Shown here one piece after another: positions 1 to 15,020 of a stretch of 64,000 bases of DNA. The DNA lies in NCBI GenBank assembly GCA_951406725.2, contig OX597833.1, positions 44,950,001 to 45,014,000 on the forward strand, written 5' to 3'. This stretch comes from Octopus vulgaris (taxonomy: Eukaryota). A model generated the notes under the pieces. That model saw only the letters and a list, made by a program, of their open reading frames with translations, had not been told where the DNA came from and made no database searches. Made by a program: the position numbers and the translations under genes. Each line of letters starts with the position of its first letter. The stretch's first letter is position 1.

Positions 1-644
1 ATATATATATATACATACATACATATATATACATATATACATACATACATATATATATATACATACATATATATATATATATACATACATACATACATAT
101 ATATATATACATACATATATATATATATACATACATACATATATATATATACATACATACATATATATATATACATACATACATATATATATATACATAC
201 ATACATATATATATATACATACATACATATATATATATACATACATACATACATATATATACATACATACATATATATATATACATACATACATATATAT
301 ATATACATACATATATATATATATACATACATACATATATATATATACATACATACATATATATATATACATACATACATATATATACATACAAACATAT
401 ATATATATACATACATACATATATATATATACATACATACATATATATATATACATACATACATATATATATATACATACATACATATATATATATACAT
501 ACATACATATATATATATACATACATATATATATACATACATACATATATATACATACATACATATATATATACATACATACATATATATACATACATAC
601 ATATATATACATACATACATATATATACATACATACATACATAT

Positions 645-677
<33 letters not shown>

Positions 678-695
678 CAACATACATATACATAC

Positions 696-737
<42 letters not shown>

Positions 738-765
738 ATACATACATATATATACATATATATAT

Positions 766-796
<31 letters not shown>

Positions 797-1287
797 CATA
801 TATATACATATATATACATATATATATACATACATATATATACATATATATATACATATATATACATATATATATATATATACATATCATATATATACAT
901 ATATATATACATATATATATATACATATATATATACATACATATATATACATATATATATATATATACATATATATATACATACATATATATATCATATA
1001 TATCATATATATATACATAGCATATATATACAAATATATATACATATATATAACAACCATATATATACCACACAGGTGCATATATATATACACATATATA
1101 TACACATATATATATACACATATATATATACACATATATATACACATATATATATACACATACATATATATACATATATATATACATATATATATACATA
1201 TATATATACACATATATATATACACATACATATATATACATATATATATACATATATATATACATATATATATACACATACATATAT

Positions 1288-1345
<58 letters not shown>
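1..1345. repeat. (TA)n/(TACA)n compound microsatellite field
   Basis: Almost pure AT/ATAC/ACAT repeats; source of the spurious Y/I/H/T ORFs. Confidence 0.97.
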
Positions 1346-1347
<2 letters not shown>

Positions 1348-1407
1348 CACACATTTTATTTATATTATATGATTGAATGACACGCATCCATTTCCAAGTA
1401 AGTTTAA

Positions 1408-1441
<34 letters not shown>

Positions 1442-1956
1442 TGTGTATGTATGTCCGTACGTACATACGTATGCATGTATGTGTGTGTATGTATAAATGT
1501 GTGTATATGTATAAATGTGTGTGTGTGTCTGTCTGTTACAGTGTCATTATTTAGCATAAACTAAAAACAGCAAATTGAATGAACCATTATAATGTTCCTA
1601 AAACAAAGATTATAATGCACCAAAGAGGAAGCCTCAAAGTGGGAGCTCAACCTGTTAAAAATAGCAGCCAAACTTCTTCATTTAAATTACTGCTTTCTTA
1701 AAGAAGAACGTACTGCATATAACTATATAGTCATAGCTACCCTATGTCTGAAACAACAAAAAGGATAGAATAGCCACAGACTAGTATGCCTTCCATCATA
1801 GGTCTGCTTGATTAAGGATGTCCTAAAACTAAACAACAACTCAACAGAGTAACTGCAGTCAAATTTGAACTCAAAACCTCATAGACATCAATCAGACTAG
1901 TCTCACATTTTGATCACAAAACTAAAAATATCTTTAAAATTCCACATGGAACTTAC

Positions 1957-2123
1957 TTTTCTGGAACAATGAAGTCAAGCAAAGCACCATCAACATTATG
2001 CAAGAATGAGTTGGTGCTTAAAAGTGAATTAGCTAAATTCTTTCTTTTGGTGGCTCCCTCTTCTGATTTGAAATGGTCTGATGTGACAATTTTTCTTGGT
2101 GCAATCCCATGTTCACTAAAGTC
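1957..2123 (-). CDS. GPATCH1: GPATCH1 coding exon 4 (DFSEHGIAPRKIVTSDHFKSEEGATKRKNLANSLLSTNSFLHNVDGALLDFIVPE-K)
   Basis: CAG acceptor (2126-2124) and GTAAG donor (from 1956); open frame, phase 0 in and phase 2 out. Continues the EDFMDxxD-xSExGIAP motif of GPATCH1. The next exon (G-patch) was not found in the window. Confidence 0.92.
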
Positions 2124-2389
2124 CTGAAAGAGAAAGAAATTCTATTAAATTTGATCAAATTCCTAAGAAATATTATTTGTACAACTAAAAGTATCTCCTG
2201 TAATGTTTTATATATTTTTCCCACACAAGTGCATGCATGGCTGTGTGGTTGAGAAGCCCATTTCCCCATACATATACTGTATAGATTTGTGTGTGTGTGT
2301 GTGTGCATACATGCACATGTGTGTGTGTTTGTCCCCTTGTTTTTTTTTTTTTCATCACATGATAGTTGTGCCATCATTATTCAAGCAGT

Positions 2390-2610
2390 GTAAGGCATTG
2401 AGTTGGCAGAATTGTTAGCACACTGGACGAAATGCTTGGTTGTATCTCACCACCACCTTGTTCTTAGTTCAAATTCCGCTGAGGTCAACTTTGCCTTTTA
2501 TCCTTTCAGGGTCAATAAATTAAGAACCAGTGAAACACTGGGGACGATGAAATCGAGTAGTCCCCTCCCACAAAATTTCAGGCCTTGTGCTTTTAGTAGA
2601 AAGGATTATT
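2390..2610 (+). mobile_element. tRNA-derived SINE, family 2 (decayed copy)
   Basis: Matches copies at 8650 and 15405 (GTTCAAATTCCGCYGAGGTCRACTTTGCCTTT). Confidence 0.8.
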
Positions 2611-2859
2611 CAAGCAGTGTCCTTCATTTCCAATCTTATGCAAAATCATGTCCTGCCATGGAGAAATATTACCTTGCCATGAAACAGGTGAGGGTTGGCA
2701 ACAAAAAGGGTATCCAACTTTACAAGATCTGCCTTAAATTCTGTCTGACCCATGTAAGAATGAAAAAGTGGACGTAAAAACAATGATGATGATGATGGTG
2801 ATCGTTGACACTGAATAATCTTCATTAATTGAATCACAACATAAACCTAAATGCAGCCT

Positions 2860-3168
2860 GATATTTTAGTGCTCGCGCCATATAAAAAGTATCTAGTCTA
2901 CACTGTAAAGTGGCTGGCATTTGGAAGGGCATTCAGCTGTAAAAACCTTGCCAAAACTGACCTCGCTTGAGCTTGTGCCACATAGAAAGCACTCAGTCCA
3001 CTCTGCCGGGTGGTTGGTGTTAGTAAGGGCATCCAGCCGTAAAAACTTTGCCAAAACAGACACAGAAGTCTGGTGCAGTCCTCCGCCTAGTTAGCTCCTG
3101 TCAAATCGTCCAACCCATGCCAGCATGGAAGGTAGACATTAAACGATGATGATGATGATGATGATGAT
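2860..3168 (+). mobile_element. RTE-type LINE 3' end fragment with (GAT)n tail
   Basis: GGTTGGTGTTAG.AAGGGCATCCAGC...CCAACCCATGCCAGCATGG..(GAT)n, same layout as the 3' end of the LINE at 5575-8296. Confidence 0.85.
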
Positions 3169-3301
3169 GTGTGTGTGAGTTAACCTGCGTAGATATACAT
3201 AATTTTTCTCTTTCCATATAATTTTAACCCATAAAGGGGAATAACTTCCAAACTGTACATAATTCAAGTTAGCTCTAGTCATGAACAAACTGCAGCCTGG
3301 G

Positions 3302-4096
3302 AGACTTTCTGAATGACAAGCCTAATAGGAAATTACCTTGAATTTTTCTAGTAGTGTAGCTCACCTGATGATGAGCCTTGTCTCATGTGGCCCACACTTC
3401 AAAAAAAGTTGCCTATGCCTGATTTACTTGGTCAATAAATTGAATACCAGGCAAATAAGTAAGATACTAAGCAAAGTGCTGTCTTCAAAAAATTGTTTTA
3501 ACCCTTTCGTTACCAACCCGGCCAAAACCGGCTCTGGCTCTGTAGTACAAATGTCTTGTTTTCATAAGTTTTGCATCAAAATATACCACCAAACCTTAGT
3601 CGCAATTTATATTCCTAACACTAGCTTAATGATAACTAGGTTATTTTACTAAATTCTTTGTTATATTTTAAATAATTGAAAGAAACACAGAGCATCTTAA
3701 AATAAATACAGTAACGAAAGGGTTAAATAACAATAATGGACTGGCATTAGTATATTCGTACAGAAATAATTACTAGTAATTTACTGACTGTAGTTACATC
3801 AATCAGACTTTCTGAATGACAAGCCTAATAGGAAATTACCTTGAATTTTTCTAGTAGTGTAGCTCACCTGATGATGAGCATTGTCTCATGTGGCCCACAC
3901 TTCAAAAAAAGTTGCCTATGTCTGATTTACTTGGTCAATAAATAGAGATCAATAAATTGAATACCAGGCGAATAATTGGGATACTAAGCAAAGTGCTGTC
4001 TTCAAAAAATTGTTTTAAATAACAATAATGGACTGGTATTAGTATATTCGTACAGAAATAATTACTAGTAATTTACTGACTGTAGTTACATCAATC
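3302..4096. repeat. Local tandem duplication of a ~280 bp unit (3302-3804 and 3805-4096)
   Basis: Both copies start AGACTTTCTGAATGACAAGCC and end GTTACATCAATC; only copy 1 carries the TTAA MITE. Confidence 0.95.
3502..3722. mobile_element. piggyBac-like MITE (221 bp)
   Basis: TIRs CCCTTTCGTTAC / GTAACGAAAGGG, TTAA on both sides; empty site visible in the adjacent duplicate. Confidence 0.92.
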
Positions 4097-4156
4097 AGCT
4101 ATATTCATCTTTTATAAATGCTGGAAAATTACAGCAAAGGAAAAAATATTGCATAC

Positions 4157-4242
4157 ATCATCATCCATAAAATCTTCTGCAGTCAGAACTATCTTCTTGT
4201 TTCGATTCTGTCGACTGGATACAAATGTAGTTGGTGCCCATC
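4157..4242 (-). CDS. GPATCH1: GPATCH1 coding exon 3 (G-WAPTTFVSSRQNRNKKIVLTAEDFMDDD)
   Basis: CAG acceptor, GTATG donor, 86 nt, phase 1 to 0; matches the GWxPxTFVSSRQNR...EDFMD motif. Confidence 0.95.
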
Positions 4243-5574
4243 CTGTAGAGAGAAAACAAATGGGAAAATTTCTAGTGACATTACATATCTGTAGAGGCAA
4301 AATATTTATCTGCTTGGGGTGAGAAGAAACCAGAGTCTCTCTTCACCTCAAGTGGTAATATAACATTTATGAAAGAATAGTCGTATTACCTAAAGTTTTT
4401 TTGAGATGCTCTTTATATAAAATAGTTCTTAACTCACTGAAGTCGATAATAAGAAAAATCTAATCAAATACTACAAGTAGGTTTGATTCCAAGCTGTTTA
4501 ATGTTACTAAAGAATCTACTACCAAATCCCTCTTTCTATATAGAATACTCTTGAAAGTATTCTCTTAACAGTTTCTCTTCATATCACAGACAGCCAGTTT
4601 ATTTTCCATAACACTTTCCAGGGCCTCCATGACAGTTGAAATTAAAGGAGGAAATTAACCTCAGAATAAAAAGATAATCCAAATGCTTGCAACAGAATGG
4701 ACTTTGCTAATGGCTGCCAAGGACCAAGTGGTGATGTTAAACCAGGTGATGGATTAAGTCTGCCAACCAAGAATATGAACAGTCCCTCCAATGGGCTTCT
4801 ACAGTTTCCATTTACCTAATTTTACTCACAAGCCTTTGGCCAACTCAAGGCTATTGTAGGAGATATTTGTCCACAGTATCACACAGAGATTGAACCCAAA
4901 ACACATAGCTGCAAAGCAAACTTCTTAACCATACTGTTATATCTGCATGAATACAGTAAAGTACCAGTAATGGAATATGAACTTTTGATCCTTTGGCTCA
5001 TAAGCTGACATTTTACCAACTTAGTCTCTGCAATGTATGCCTTTATTGTTTGCTTATTTATTTTCTGACTCAGCATTTATTAAACTTCAGTACTTTAATT
5101 ACTCATTTTAATTAAAGTGCAACCAAGTTGTTACTCTCCTGATACTGGAGACCTATAACTGTTAACCAGGTCTTGAAGGTCCTGTTTCCTGTCACAAGAA
5201 GAGCAGTGATAAGAGGTGGAATTTGATTTCAGAACATAACTGAGCAGATACCACAAGATAACATCTCATCTGATGCTCTAACAATTCAGACAATCCACTG
5301 CCAGGATTGGAACTTTATTTATAGATCGCAAGATGAAATTCAAGGTTAACCACAGAAGGATTTGAACTCAGAGTGTAGAGAGCCAAATACTGCAATAAAT
5401 TCTATCCAACACTTTAATGACTTAAACAATTTGCTGTCTTCTTAGAATATATTTACTGTCTTCTATTAATCTTTAAACAACACTTGTTTATTTTGTTTTT
5501 CTTTCCAAATTTCTTGTGCATAAAATGTTGAAACAGACATATCAGATATTCTGGTTGATTAAAATCATTTTAAC

Positions 5575-8296
5575 TAACCAAAATGGAAGCTAGGAGACAG
5601 GTATATATAGCCAAGGGAGTAACAGAAAAGAAGAAGTTTACCAATGTTCAGCGACGTGAGGACCAAAGAACTGAAGTATTTTGGATTGTAAGACAATGTG
5701 TGAGATAAAACTGTGATGTCATAGGAGAGAAATGTGTCTACATGGATGATGGTGCCCTTGCGTTTAATGATACTGCAAAGAAAGAGACTTGGAGGTGCCA
5801 TTATGAAAGACTGCTGAATGGGAAGAATGAATGGGAGGAAGAGAGTCTGCCAAAGGTTGACCCAGTTGAAGGACCAGCTACCCGAATTGACAGTACCCTG
5901 GTAGATAAAGCAATTAAGGATATGAAGACAGGGAAAGCATCTGGCCCATCAGGAATCACCGCCGAGATGCTTAAAATATCAGGCGGTGTTGATTATGGTT
6001 TTGTCACCCACATCATAAATCAGGTAGTTCATGAAGGAGTCATACCCAATGACAGGTGTAGCAGCAGCATAGTCAACTGCTACAAGGGTAAATGTAATGC
6101 TTTAGATAGAAATAACTACAGGGGTATCAAATTATTGGATCAGATGATGAAAGTTACAGAGAGAGTCATAGCCCAACTAATTAGGTAGAGAGTTAGCCTA
6201 GATGAGATGCAGTTTGGTTTTGTGACAAGCAGAAGCACCACTGATGCTATATTTCTGATAAGGCAACTACAAGAGAGATATCTAGCCAAAGATAAACCAC
6301 TGAACTTGGCTTTTGTTTTGACTTGGAGAAAGCCTTTGACAGCGTACCCCGATCCCTTATCTGGTGGTCAATGCGGAAACTGGGGATAGACGAGTGGTTG
6401 GTAAGAGCTGTACAAGCCCTGTAGAGGGATGCTGTCAGTAAGGTGAGGGTTGACAACGAGTATAGTGAAGAATTCCGAGTAGAAGTCCTCAGCCCCCTCT
6501 TATTCCTTATAGTCCTCCAACCAATAACAGAGGAATTCAAGACAGGCTGCCCCAGGGAGCTCCTCTATGCTGATGACCTTGCTCTAATAGCCAAGTCACT
6601 GCCAGAACTAGAGACGAAGTTTAGGGTGTAGAAGTAAGGTCTAGAATCAAAGGGCCTTAGGGTTAACCTAGCTAAAACCAAAGTCTTATGTAGGAAGGCT
6701 GTCAAATCAGAAACCCCTTCAGGTAGATGGCCCTGCTCGATTTGAAGAAATGACATGGGTAGAAACTCCATACGATGTACCCTGTGTAAATTATAGACAC
6801 ATAAGAGGTGCAGCAATATCAAAATAAGGTTAACCAAGCAAATTGTATGTGTGTGTAGCAGATGCACAGGGGCAATAAACACTGAAGATGTACAGAAAAT
6901 TGATTCCATCAAATGCCAGGGGAAGAAACTAGAAGTAGTTAATAGCTTCTGCTACCTAGGTGACCAAGTCTGTAGTGGGGGTGGTTGCTCTGAGAGTGTA
7001 CCAGCTAGACTAAGAATAGTCTAGGCAAAGTTCAAGGAGATCCTACCTCTGCTGGCAACTAAGGGCCTCTCGCTCAGGATGAAAGGTAAACTGTATGATG
7101 CATGTGTGTGAACTGTCAAGCTACATGGCAGTGAAACATGGGCCATGACTGCTGAAGACATGCGCAGTCTTGAAAGAAATGAAGTTAGTATGATCCACTG
7201 GATGTGTAATATCAGTGTGCATACACGACAGAGTGTAAGTGCCCTGAGAGAAAAGTTGGGCATAAGAAGCATCAAATGTGGTGTGCAAGAGAGATGACTG
7301 TGCTGGTATGGTCATGTGTTCCGTATGGATGAGGATAGCTGTGTGAGAAAGTGCCACTCCCTAACTGTGGAAGAAATCTGTGGAAGAGGTTGACCCAAGA
7401 AGACATAGGATGAAGCATGACCTTCAAACATTGGGCCTCACAGAGGCAATGACAGGAGATCGAAACCTTTGGAGATATGCTGTGATTGACAAAGCCTGGC
7501 AACTAAAGTGAGATTGCAGCCACACATGTCCAGCCCAGTTAAGAGTACCTCTCATGTGTTGGGTGATTATGATATGCTTGAGAAGACCTGCTGAGCCAAG
7601 TAAAACCAATATTGTAGCTGTGGCCAGTGGCCCCTAACTGGCTCCCATCCCGGTGGAATGTAAAAAGCACCAACTGAACATGGTCAATGCCAGGTCCACC
7701 TGACTGGCTCCCATGCCAGTGGTACGTAAAACGCACCATCCAAACATGACTGATGCTCCTGCCTCATGATGTCCATGACAGTGTCACATAAAAAGTTCTA
7801 TCCAAACATGATCAACGGCAGGACCACCTGACTGGCTCTTGTGCCAGTGGCACGTAAAAAGCACCATCCGAATGTGTGGCCAATGTCAGTACCGCCTGAC
7901 TGGCTCCCGTACCAGTGGCATGTAAAAAGCACCATTCGAACGTAGCCAATGCTAGTACCCACTGACTGGCTCTTGGGCCAGTAGCATGTAAAAATCACCA
8001 TCCGAATGTGGCTGATGTCAGTACTCCCTAACTGGCCTCCGTGCCAGTGGCACATAAAAAGCACTGTCTGAACTTGATCAATGCCAGGCCTGCCAGACTG
8101 GCTCCTGTGCAGGTTGCATGTAAAAAGCACCCACTACACTCATGGAGTGTTTGGTGTTAGGAAGGGCATCCAGCTCTAGAAACATTGCCAGATCAGAGTG
8201 GAGTCTGGTGCAGCCATCTGGCTTTCCAGACCTCAGTCAAACCGTCCAACCCATACCAGCATGGAAAACAGACATTAAACAATGAAGATGATGATG
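5575..8296 (+). mobile_element. 5'-truncated, decayed RTE-clade LINE
   Basis: Frameshifted RT motifs (NYRGIKLL, QFGF..RSTTDAIF, VLSPLLF, LLYADDLAL), tandem 3'-UTR subrepeats at ~7600-8130, (GAT)n tail. Confidence 0.93.
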
Positions 8297-8369
8297 AAAT
8301 AAGATCAGCTAGGGTGTAAAACAAAACAAAAACGAAATGCTTTTGCTAACATTTATGTAATACACTTAC

Positions 8370-8501
8370 CTTCCTTGGAACCAACTGAGTTGAAGTAACC
8401 AGCTGAAAATCCTCCGGTGAATGCACCATGGAATCGAACCCGACCTTGGTTATCTTTAACAGGTAATTCATTTACAGACAGTGGACGTTTCAGTGGTTCA
8501 T
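8370..8501 (-). CDS. GPATCH1: GPATCH1 coding exon 2 ([45 protein letters not shown])
   Basis: CAG acceptor, GTAAG donor, 132 nt, phase 1 to 1; contains the diagnostic GPATCH1/TGH N-terminal motif [23 protein letters not shown]. Confidence 0.97.
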
Positions 8502-8649
8502 CTGAAATAAAGTAAATGGAAATATATCAGATAAGCCTTACATGTGCATAGAATGGAAATACTGCATAATTAGCATATCTATGTGTATCTGTCTAACGAT
8601 CCATGCAAAGGATGGAGAGAAACAAAGCTGGTATACTACACTAGATGTA

Positions 8650-8880
8650 AGGTGGCAAGCTGGCAGAAACGTTAGCACACTGGGCGAAATGCTTAGCGGT
8701 ATTTCGTCTGCCGTTACGTTCTGAGTTCAAATTCTGCCGAGGTCGACTTTGCCTTTCATCCTTTCGGGGTTGATAAATTAAGTACCAGTTATGCACTGGG
8801 GTCAATGTAATCAACTTAATACCTATGTCTGTCCTTGTTTGTTCCCTCTATGTTTAGCTCCTCATGAGCAATAAAGAAAT
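8650..8880 (+). mobile_element. tRNA-derived SINE, family 2
   Basis: TGGCAGAAACGTTAG (A-box-like), GAGTTCAAATTC (B-box), AATAAAGAAAT tail. Confidence 0.85.
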
Positions 8881-8884
8881 AGGT

Positions 8885-9490
8885 ATACTACGCTAGATGT
8901 GCAATGTCAGTGTACACAAGAAACAGAGCATTGATGTATTGAGTGAGAAGTTGGGCATAAGAGGAATTATATGCTGTGTGCAAGAGAGGAGACTGTGCTG
9001 GTTTGGTCATGTAATGCAGATAGATGAGGACAGTTGCATAAAGAAGTGCCAATTACTTAAAGTGGTGGGGGGAGAGTTGTGGAAGAGGGAGACCCAGGAA
9101 GACATTGGATGAAGTATTGAAGGCCAATCTCATAATGCTGAACTTTACTAAGGAAGTGACAGAGGACTGGGATATATGGTGCATTGCTGTACTTGAGAAG
9201 ACCTGGCCACCACAACAGAACTGAGATTCTAAAACTAAGATGTCACATAAAAAGTGCTGGTGTGGGTACTGATGTCACATACAAAAGCACTGGTACTGGT
9301 GCCTCTTAAAAAGCACTGGTGATGGCATCACATAAACAGCACCCAGTACACTGAGGAGTGGCTGGCATTAGGATGGGCACCCAGCTTTAGAAATCAAGCT
9401 AAAACAGAGTATGGAACCTGGTGTGACCCCCTGACCTTGCCAGTTCCTGTCAGGCCGTGTAACTCATGTCAGCAGGGGCAATTAATGTTA
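8885..9490 (+). mobile_element. RTE LINE 3' fragment
   Basis: MCNVSVH..LSEKLGIRGI..QERRLCWFGHVM aligns to the C-terminus of the LINE at 5575-8296. Confidence 0.82.
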
Positions 9491-9604
9491 AATATCTATC
9501 TAGCAGCTTCTCTCATGCTTTTATCCATCTATTGCCTCTTATCTCTAAGCATAAAGTTATTCCCACCAGCGTTCACAGCCTTGCAAACTGCATGACAGCC
9601 TCAC

Positions 9605-9930
9605 TAGTGCATAAAAAAGGCGCCCACTACATGCTGTAATGCGGTTGGTATTAGGAAGGACATCAAGACATAAAAACCATGCCAAAGCAAACTCTGTAGT
9701 TCAATATAGTCTTCTTTGGATCCATCAAATCCTGTCAAACTGTTCAACCCATGACAGCATGGAACATGCACGGTAAATGATATCATCATCATCATCGTCG
9801 TTTAACGTCCGCTTTCTATGCTAGCATGGATTGGACGATTTTACTGAAGTCTGGCGAACCAGATGGCTGCACCAGACTCCAATCTGATCTGGCAGAGTTT
9901 CTACAGCTGGATGCCCTTCCTAATGCCAAC
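9605..9930. mobile_element. Two tail-to-tail RTE 3' end fragments
   Basis: A plus-strand tail ending ~9785 abuts a minus-strand tail starting with (CAT)n. Confidence 0.75.
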
Positions 9931-9970
9931 CTATATATATATACATAATTTGTGGATAATATGATATTAA

Positions 9971-10191
9971 CCCTTTCGTAGCCAACCCGGCTAAAACCAG
10001 CTCTGGCTCTGTAGTATAAATGTCTTCTTTTCATAAGTTTTGAATTAAAATCTTCCACCAAATCTTAGTCACAATTTATGTTCTTAACACTAGCTTAATG
10101 ATAACTAAGTTATTTTACTAAATTCTTTGTTATATTTAAAATAATTGAAAGAGACACAGAGCATCTCAAAATAAATACGGTAGCGAAAGGG
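9971..10191. mobile_element. piggyBac-like MITE (same family as 3502-3722)
   Basis: TTAA-CCCTTTCG ... CGAAAGGG-TTAA, 221 bp. Confidence 0.92.
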
Positions 10192-10316
10192 TTAAAAGTG
10201 CATACAATTAGAGCTCAGGTTGCATTTGTGCCTAAATTCTAACTTTAAATGCAGTGATGTGGGAGCTGCCTAAATGAAGATTGGCTATGTGCATTCTTTT
10301 ATACATATATATATAT

Positions 10317-10673
10317 AACCAAAAAATAAGCAACAAGAATGGATCAGTAGTTTAGTACAATTGTTTTATACTATAAACATTTTATTAAAGCTGCAAAAAT
10401 TACAGCAAATATAATGTCAAGTAATCTTCAGTTAAATTTCATATAGGTTTTCTAAACATCTTAGAGAGTGTAAATATACTTAAAAAGTTATAACATCTAT
10501 AACTTTTTAAGTATATTTACACTCTCTAAGATGTTTAGAAAACCTATATGAAATTTAGCTCAAGATTACTTGACATTATATTTGCTGTAATTTTTGCAGC
10601 TTTAATAAAATGTTTATAGTATGAAACAATTGTACTAAACTACTGATCCATTCTTGTTGCTTATTTTTTGGTT
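10317..10673. repeat. Near-perfect palindrome (176 bp arms, 5 nt loop)
   Basis: 10317-10492 is the reverse complement of 10498-10673 with a few mismatches; loop ACATC. Confidence 0.95.
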
Positions 10674-10766
10674 TTAATCACCCCACATAAATTTATGGGT
10701 AATACCATAAAACAAATTCTGGTGCATCTAAGTACCATATTCATTTGAATCTAAATTGTTTTGCTG

Positions 10767-10814
<48 letters not shown>

Positions 10815-11105
10815 ATGAAACTCAACTAGCATGAAGAAGAATTCAGTTCAAGTGTATATCATATATGGGTTAAACAATGGTTTATTTTGTGGGATATATT
10901 GAGTCCAAGTATTCAATATACTTTCAATGAGTCTCATAAATTATGGTATATCTAACTAGTACCTGCAGTTACTTCTCTATTATGGCTACACACTAACATC
11001 TATGAAAATAGGACACAACAATCTTAGGCAGAATTCTGTATCGCCCGAAGTTATTTGATGTCAAAACTATTGTGGCAGTGTGGTATATATATATATATAT
11101 ATATA

Positions 11106-11491
11106 TACTAGCAGTATCGCCCGGCGTTGCTCAGGTTTGTAAGGGAAATAACTATAAAGCATTTTTAGAGAGTTATAGCCAAAAAATAGCCAAAAAATGG
11201 AAAAAAATGATGGTAAATTTTTTTTGAGAGTTAAAAAAGGTGGAGTTGCGTCCCCTAGACAGTTTGCCGTTTGTGTTTCTGATTCTCGACCCCATGTCGA
11301 ATTTATCGATCGTTTTCAGAACTGGGGGAACTTTACAAAATTTTCGCTGCGTTAGTTTTGAATTATGACATTGGGCTATGTGTGTGTCAAGTTTCATCAG
11401 AATCGGTTGAAAGCCGTGGTCAGGGTGAGGGTACAAGCAAACAGACACACAGAAACACGCACAGACAAACTGCCGTTTATATAGAGAGAGA
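11106..11491 (+). mobile_element. Helitron/Helentron-like non-autonomous element
   Basis: Starts TACTAGC..CCCGGCGTTGCTC.GG, ends AAGTTTCATCAGAATCGGTTG..ACAGACAAACTGCCGTTTATATAG; architecture recalls DINE-1/Lep1-type elements (from memory). Confidence 0.55.
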
Positions 11492-11510
11492 TATATATAT
11501 ATACACACAC

Positions 11511-11846
11511 TTTTACTCTTTCACTTCTTTCAGTCATTTGACTGTGGCCATGCTGGAGCACTGCCTTTAGTTGAACAAATCGACCCCAGGACTTATTATT
11601 TGTAAGCTTAGTACTTATTCTATCGGTTACTTTTGCAGAACCGCTAAGTTATAGGGATGTAAACACACCAGCATCGGTTGTCGAGCGATGTTGGGGGGGA
11701 CAAACACAGGCTTCTTTTAGTTTCCGTCTACCAAATCCACTCACAAGGATTTGGTCGGCCCGAGGCTATGGTGCCACGTAGTGGGACTGAACCTGGAACC
11801 ATGTGGTTCGTAAGCAAGCTACTTACCACACAGCCACTCCTATGTC
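11511..11846 (-). mobile_element. tRNA-derived CORE-like SINE, family 1 (octopus OR-like), internally deleted
   Basis: Head GGAGTGGCTGTGTGGTAAG..GGTTCAGTCCC; tail CCAGCATGGCCACAGTCAAATGACTGAA. Confidence 0.9.
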
Positions 11847-12191
11847 TATATATAACTATTTTTAAATGTTTCAGGAGTAAAGCTGCAGTCATGCTGGAGC
11901 ACCACCTCTCTCTCTCTCTAAATATATATATACGTCTGTATGAGTTAGAGGTTAAGCAACCATCTAAGGGATAATAAATATCCAATATACTACTGGATGT
12001 ATACCTACATATTTATATCCAAGGGTTTAATATTGCAGAGCAGTATCACAAATGAATAACAGGCATGACTAGGGGTAAAACAGAAATTTACCCAGAATTT
12101 ATAAGGCAAATAATAAAATGGACAGGATAATCAATCAACAAAGATCAGCCTGTAAACATTCATTTGTAGCTATTTATTAATTACAATTATA

Positions 12192-12581
12192 TACTCTTTT
12201 ACTCTTTTTCTTGTTTCAGTCATTTGACTGTGGCCATGCTGGAGTACCACCTTTAGTCGAGCAAATCGACCCCAGGACTTATTCTTTGTAAGCCTAGTAC
12301 TTATTCTATCGGTCTCTTTTGCCGAACTGCTAAGTTATGGAGACGTAAACACACCAGCATCGGTTGTCAAGCGATGTTGGGGTGACAAACACACACATAT
12401 ATACATATACATATATACGACAGGCTTCTTTACAGTTTCCGTCTACCAAATCCACTCACAAGGCTTTGGTCGACCTAAGGCAATAGTAGAAGACACTTGC
12501 CCAAGGTGCCACGCAGGGGGACTGAACCTGGAACCATGTTGTTGGTAAGCAAGCTACTTACCCCACAGCCACTCCTGTGCC
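12192..12581 (-). mobile_element. SINE family 1
   Basis: Full-length copy with A/B boxes, TTGGGCAAGTGTCTT core and (AAAAGAGT)n tail. Confidence 0.92.
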
Positions 12582-12694
12582 TATATGTATAAGTATTCAA
12601 AATAAACAAATGAAATAAACAAACAACTAAGTAAACAAATAGATAAATAAAAATAAAGAAATAAATAAGAATAAATGAGTGAAAAAATACTAAA

Positions 12695-13178
12695 CTCATA
12701 CAGCTGTTTCTATTGTGGAGTTGTCCAATTTGCCAAGTTTTCTACATCATACCAGTAATATACTCTTTTACTTGTTTCAGTCATTTGACTGCGGCCATGC
12801 TGGAGCACCGCCTTTAGTCGAGCAAATCGACCCCGGGACTTATTCTATCGGTCTCTTTTGCCGAACCACTAAGTGACGGGGGCGTAAACACACCAGGGGG
12901 ACAAACACACACACATACACATATATACGACAGGCTTCTTTCAGTTTCCGTCTACCAAATCCACTCACAAGGCTTTGGTCGGCCCGGGGCTATAGCGGAA
13001 GACACTTGCCCAAGATGCCACGCAGTGGGACTGAACCCGGAACCGTGTGGTTGGTTAGCAAGCTACTTACCACACAGCCACTCCTGCACCTATACTGGTA
13101 TACAATAATGTACAAAAGTTGAACAAACATTGGACAATTGTTGGACAATGATTGAGCCCCAAAGCTTCATCAGAGAGA
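12695..13178 (-). ncRNA. Penelope-type hammerhead ribozyme motif interrupted by a SINE
   Basis: Minus strand: CTGATGA (13173-13167), long stem II (ATACCAGTA/TACTGGTAT, TTGTCCAAT/ATTGGACAA), then GAAACAGCTGTA (12710-12699). Confidence 0.6.
12761..13090 (-). mobile_element. SINE family 1
   Basis: Same consensus as the other copies, CpG-retaining. Confidence 0.92.
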
Positions 13179-13354
13179 CCATAATGTTAGGAATCTAAGA
13201 TGTGAGGAAGTTATTATTTTTTTTTATTTATCTATTTATTTACCTGTTTATTTTGATTACTTATACATATGATTGTAGTTAATTAATAAATAGATCCAAA
13301 TGAATGTTTACAGGCCGATGTTTGTCGATTGATTATCCTCTCCATTTTCTTATT

Positions 13355-15020
<1,666 letters not shown>

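Noticed and set aside
3365-3395. CTGATGA followed by a TGAG/CTCA stem
   Set aside because: No GAAA follows, so it is not a hammerhead core.
7600-8130. Regularly spaced repeats that superficially resemble a CRISPR array
   Set aside because: The whole ~58 bp unit repeats with no unique spacers; it is the RTE 3'UTR, in a eukaryotic context with no cas genes.
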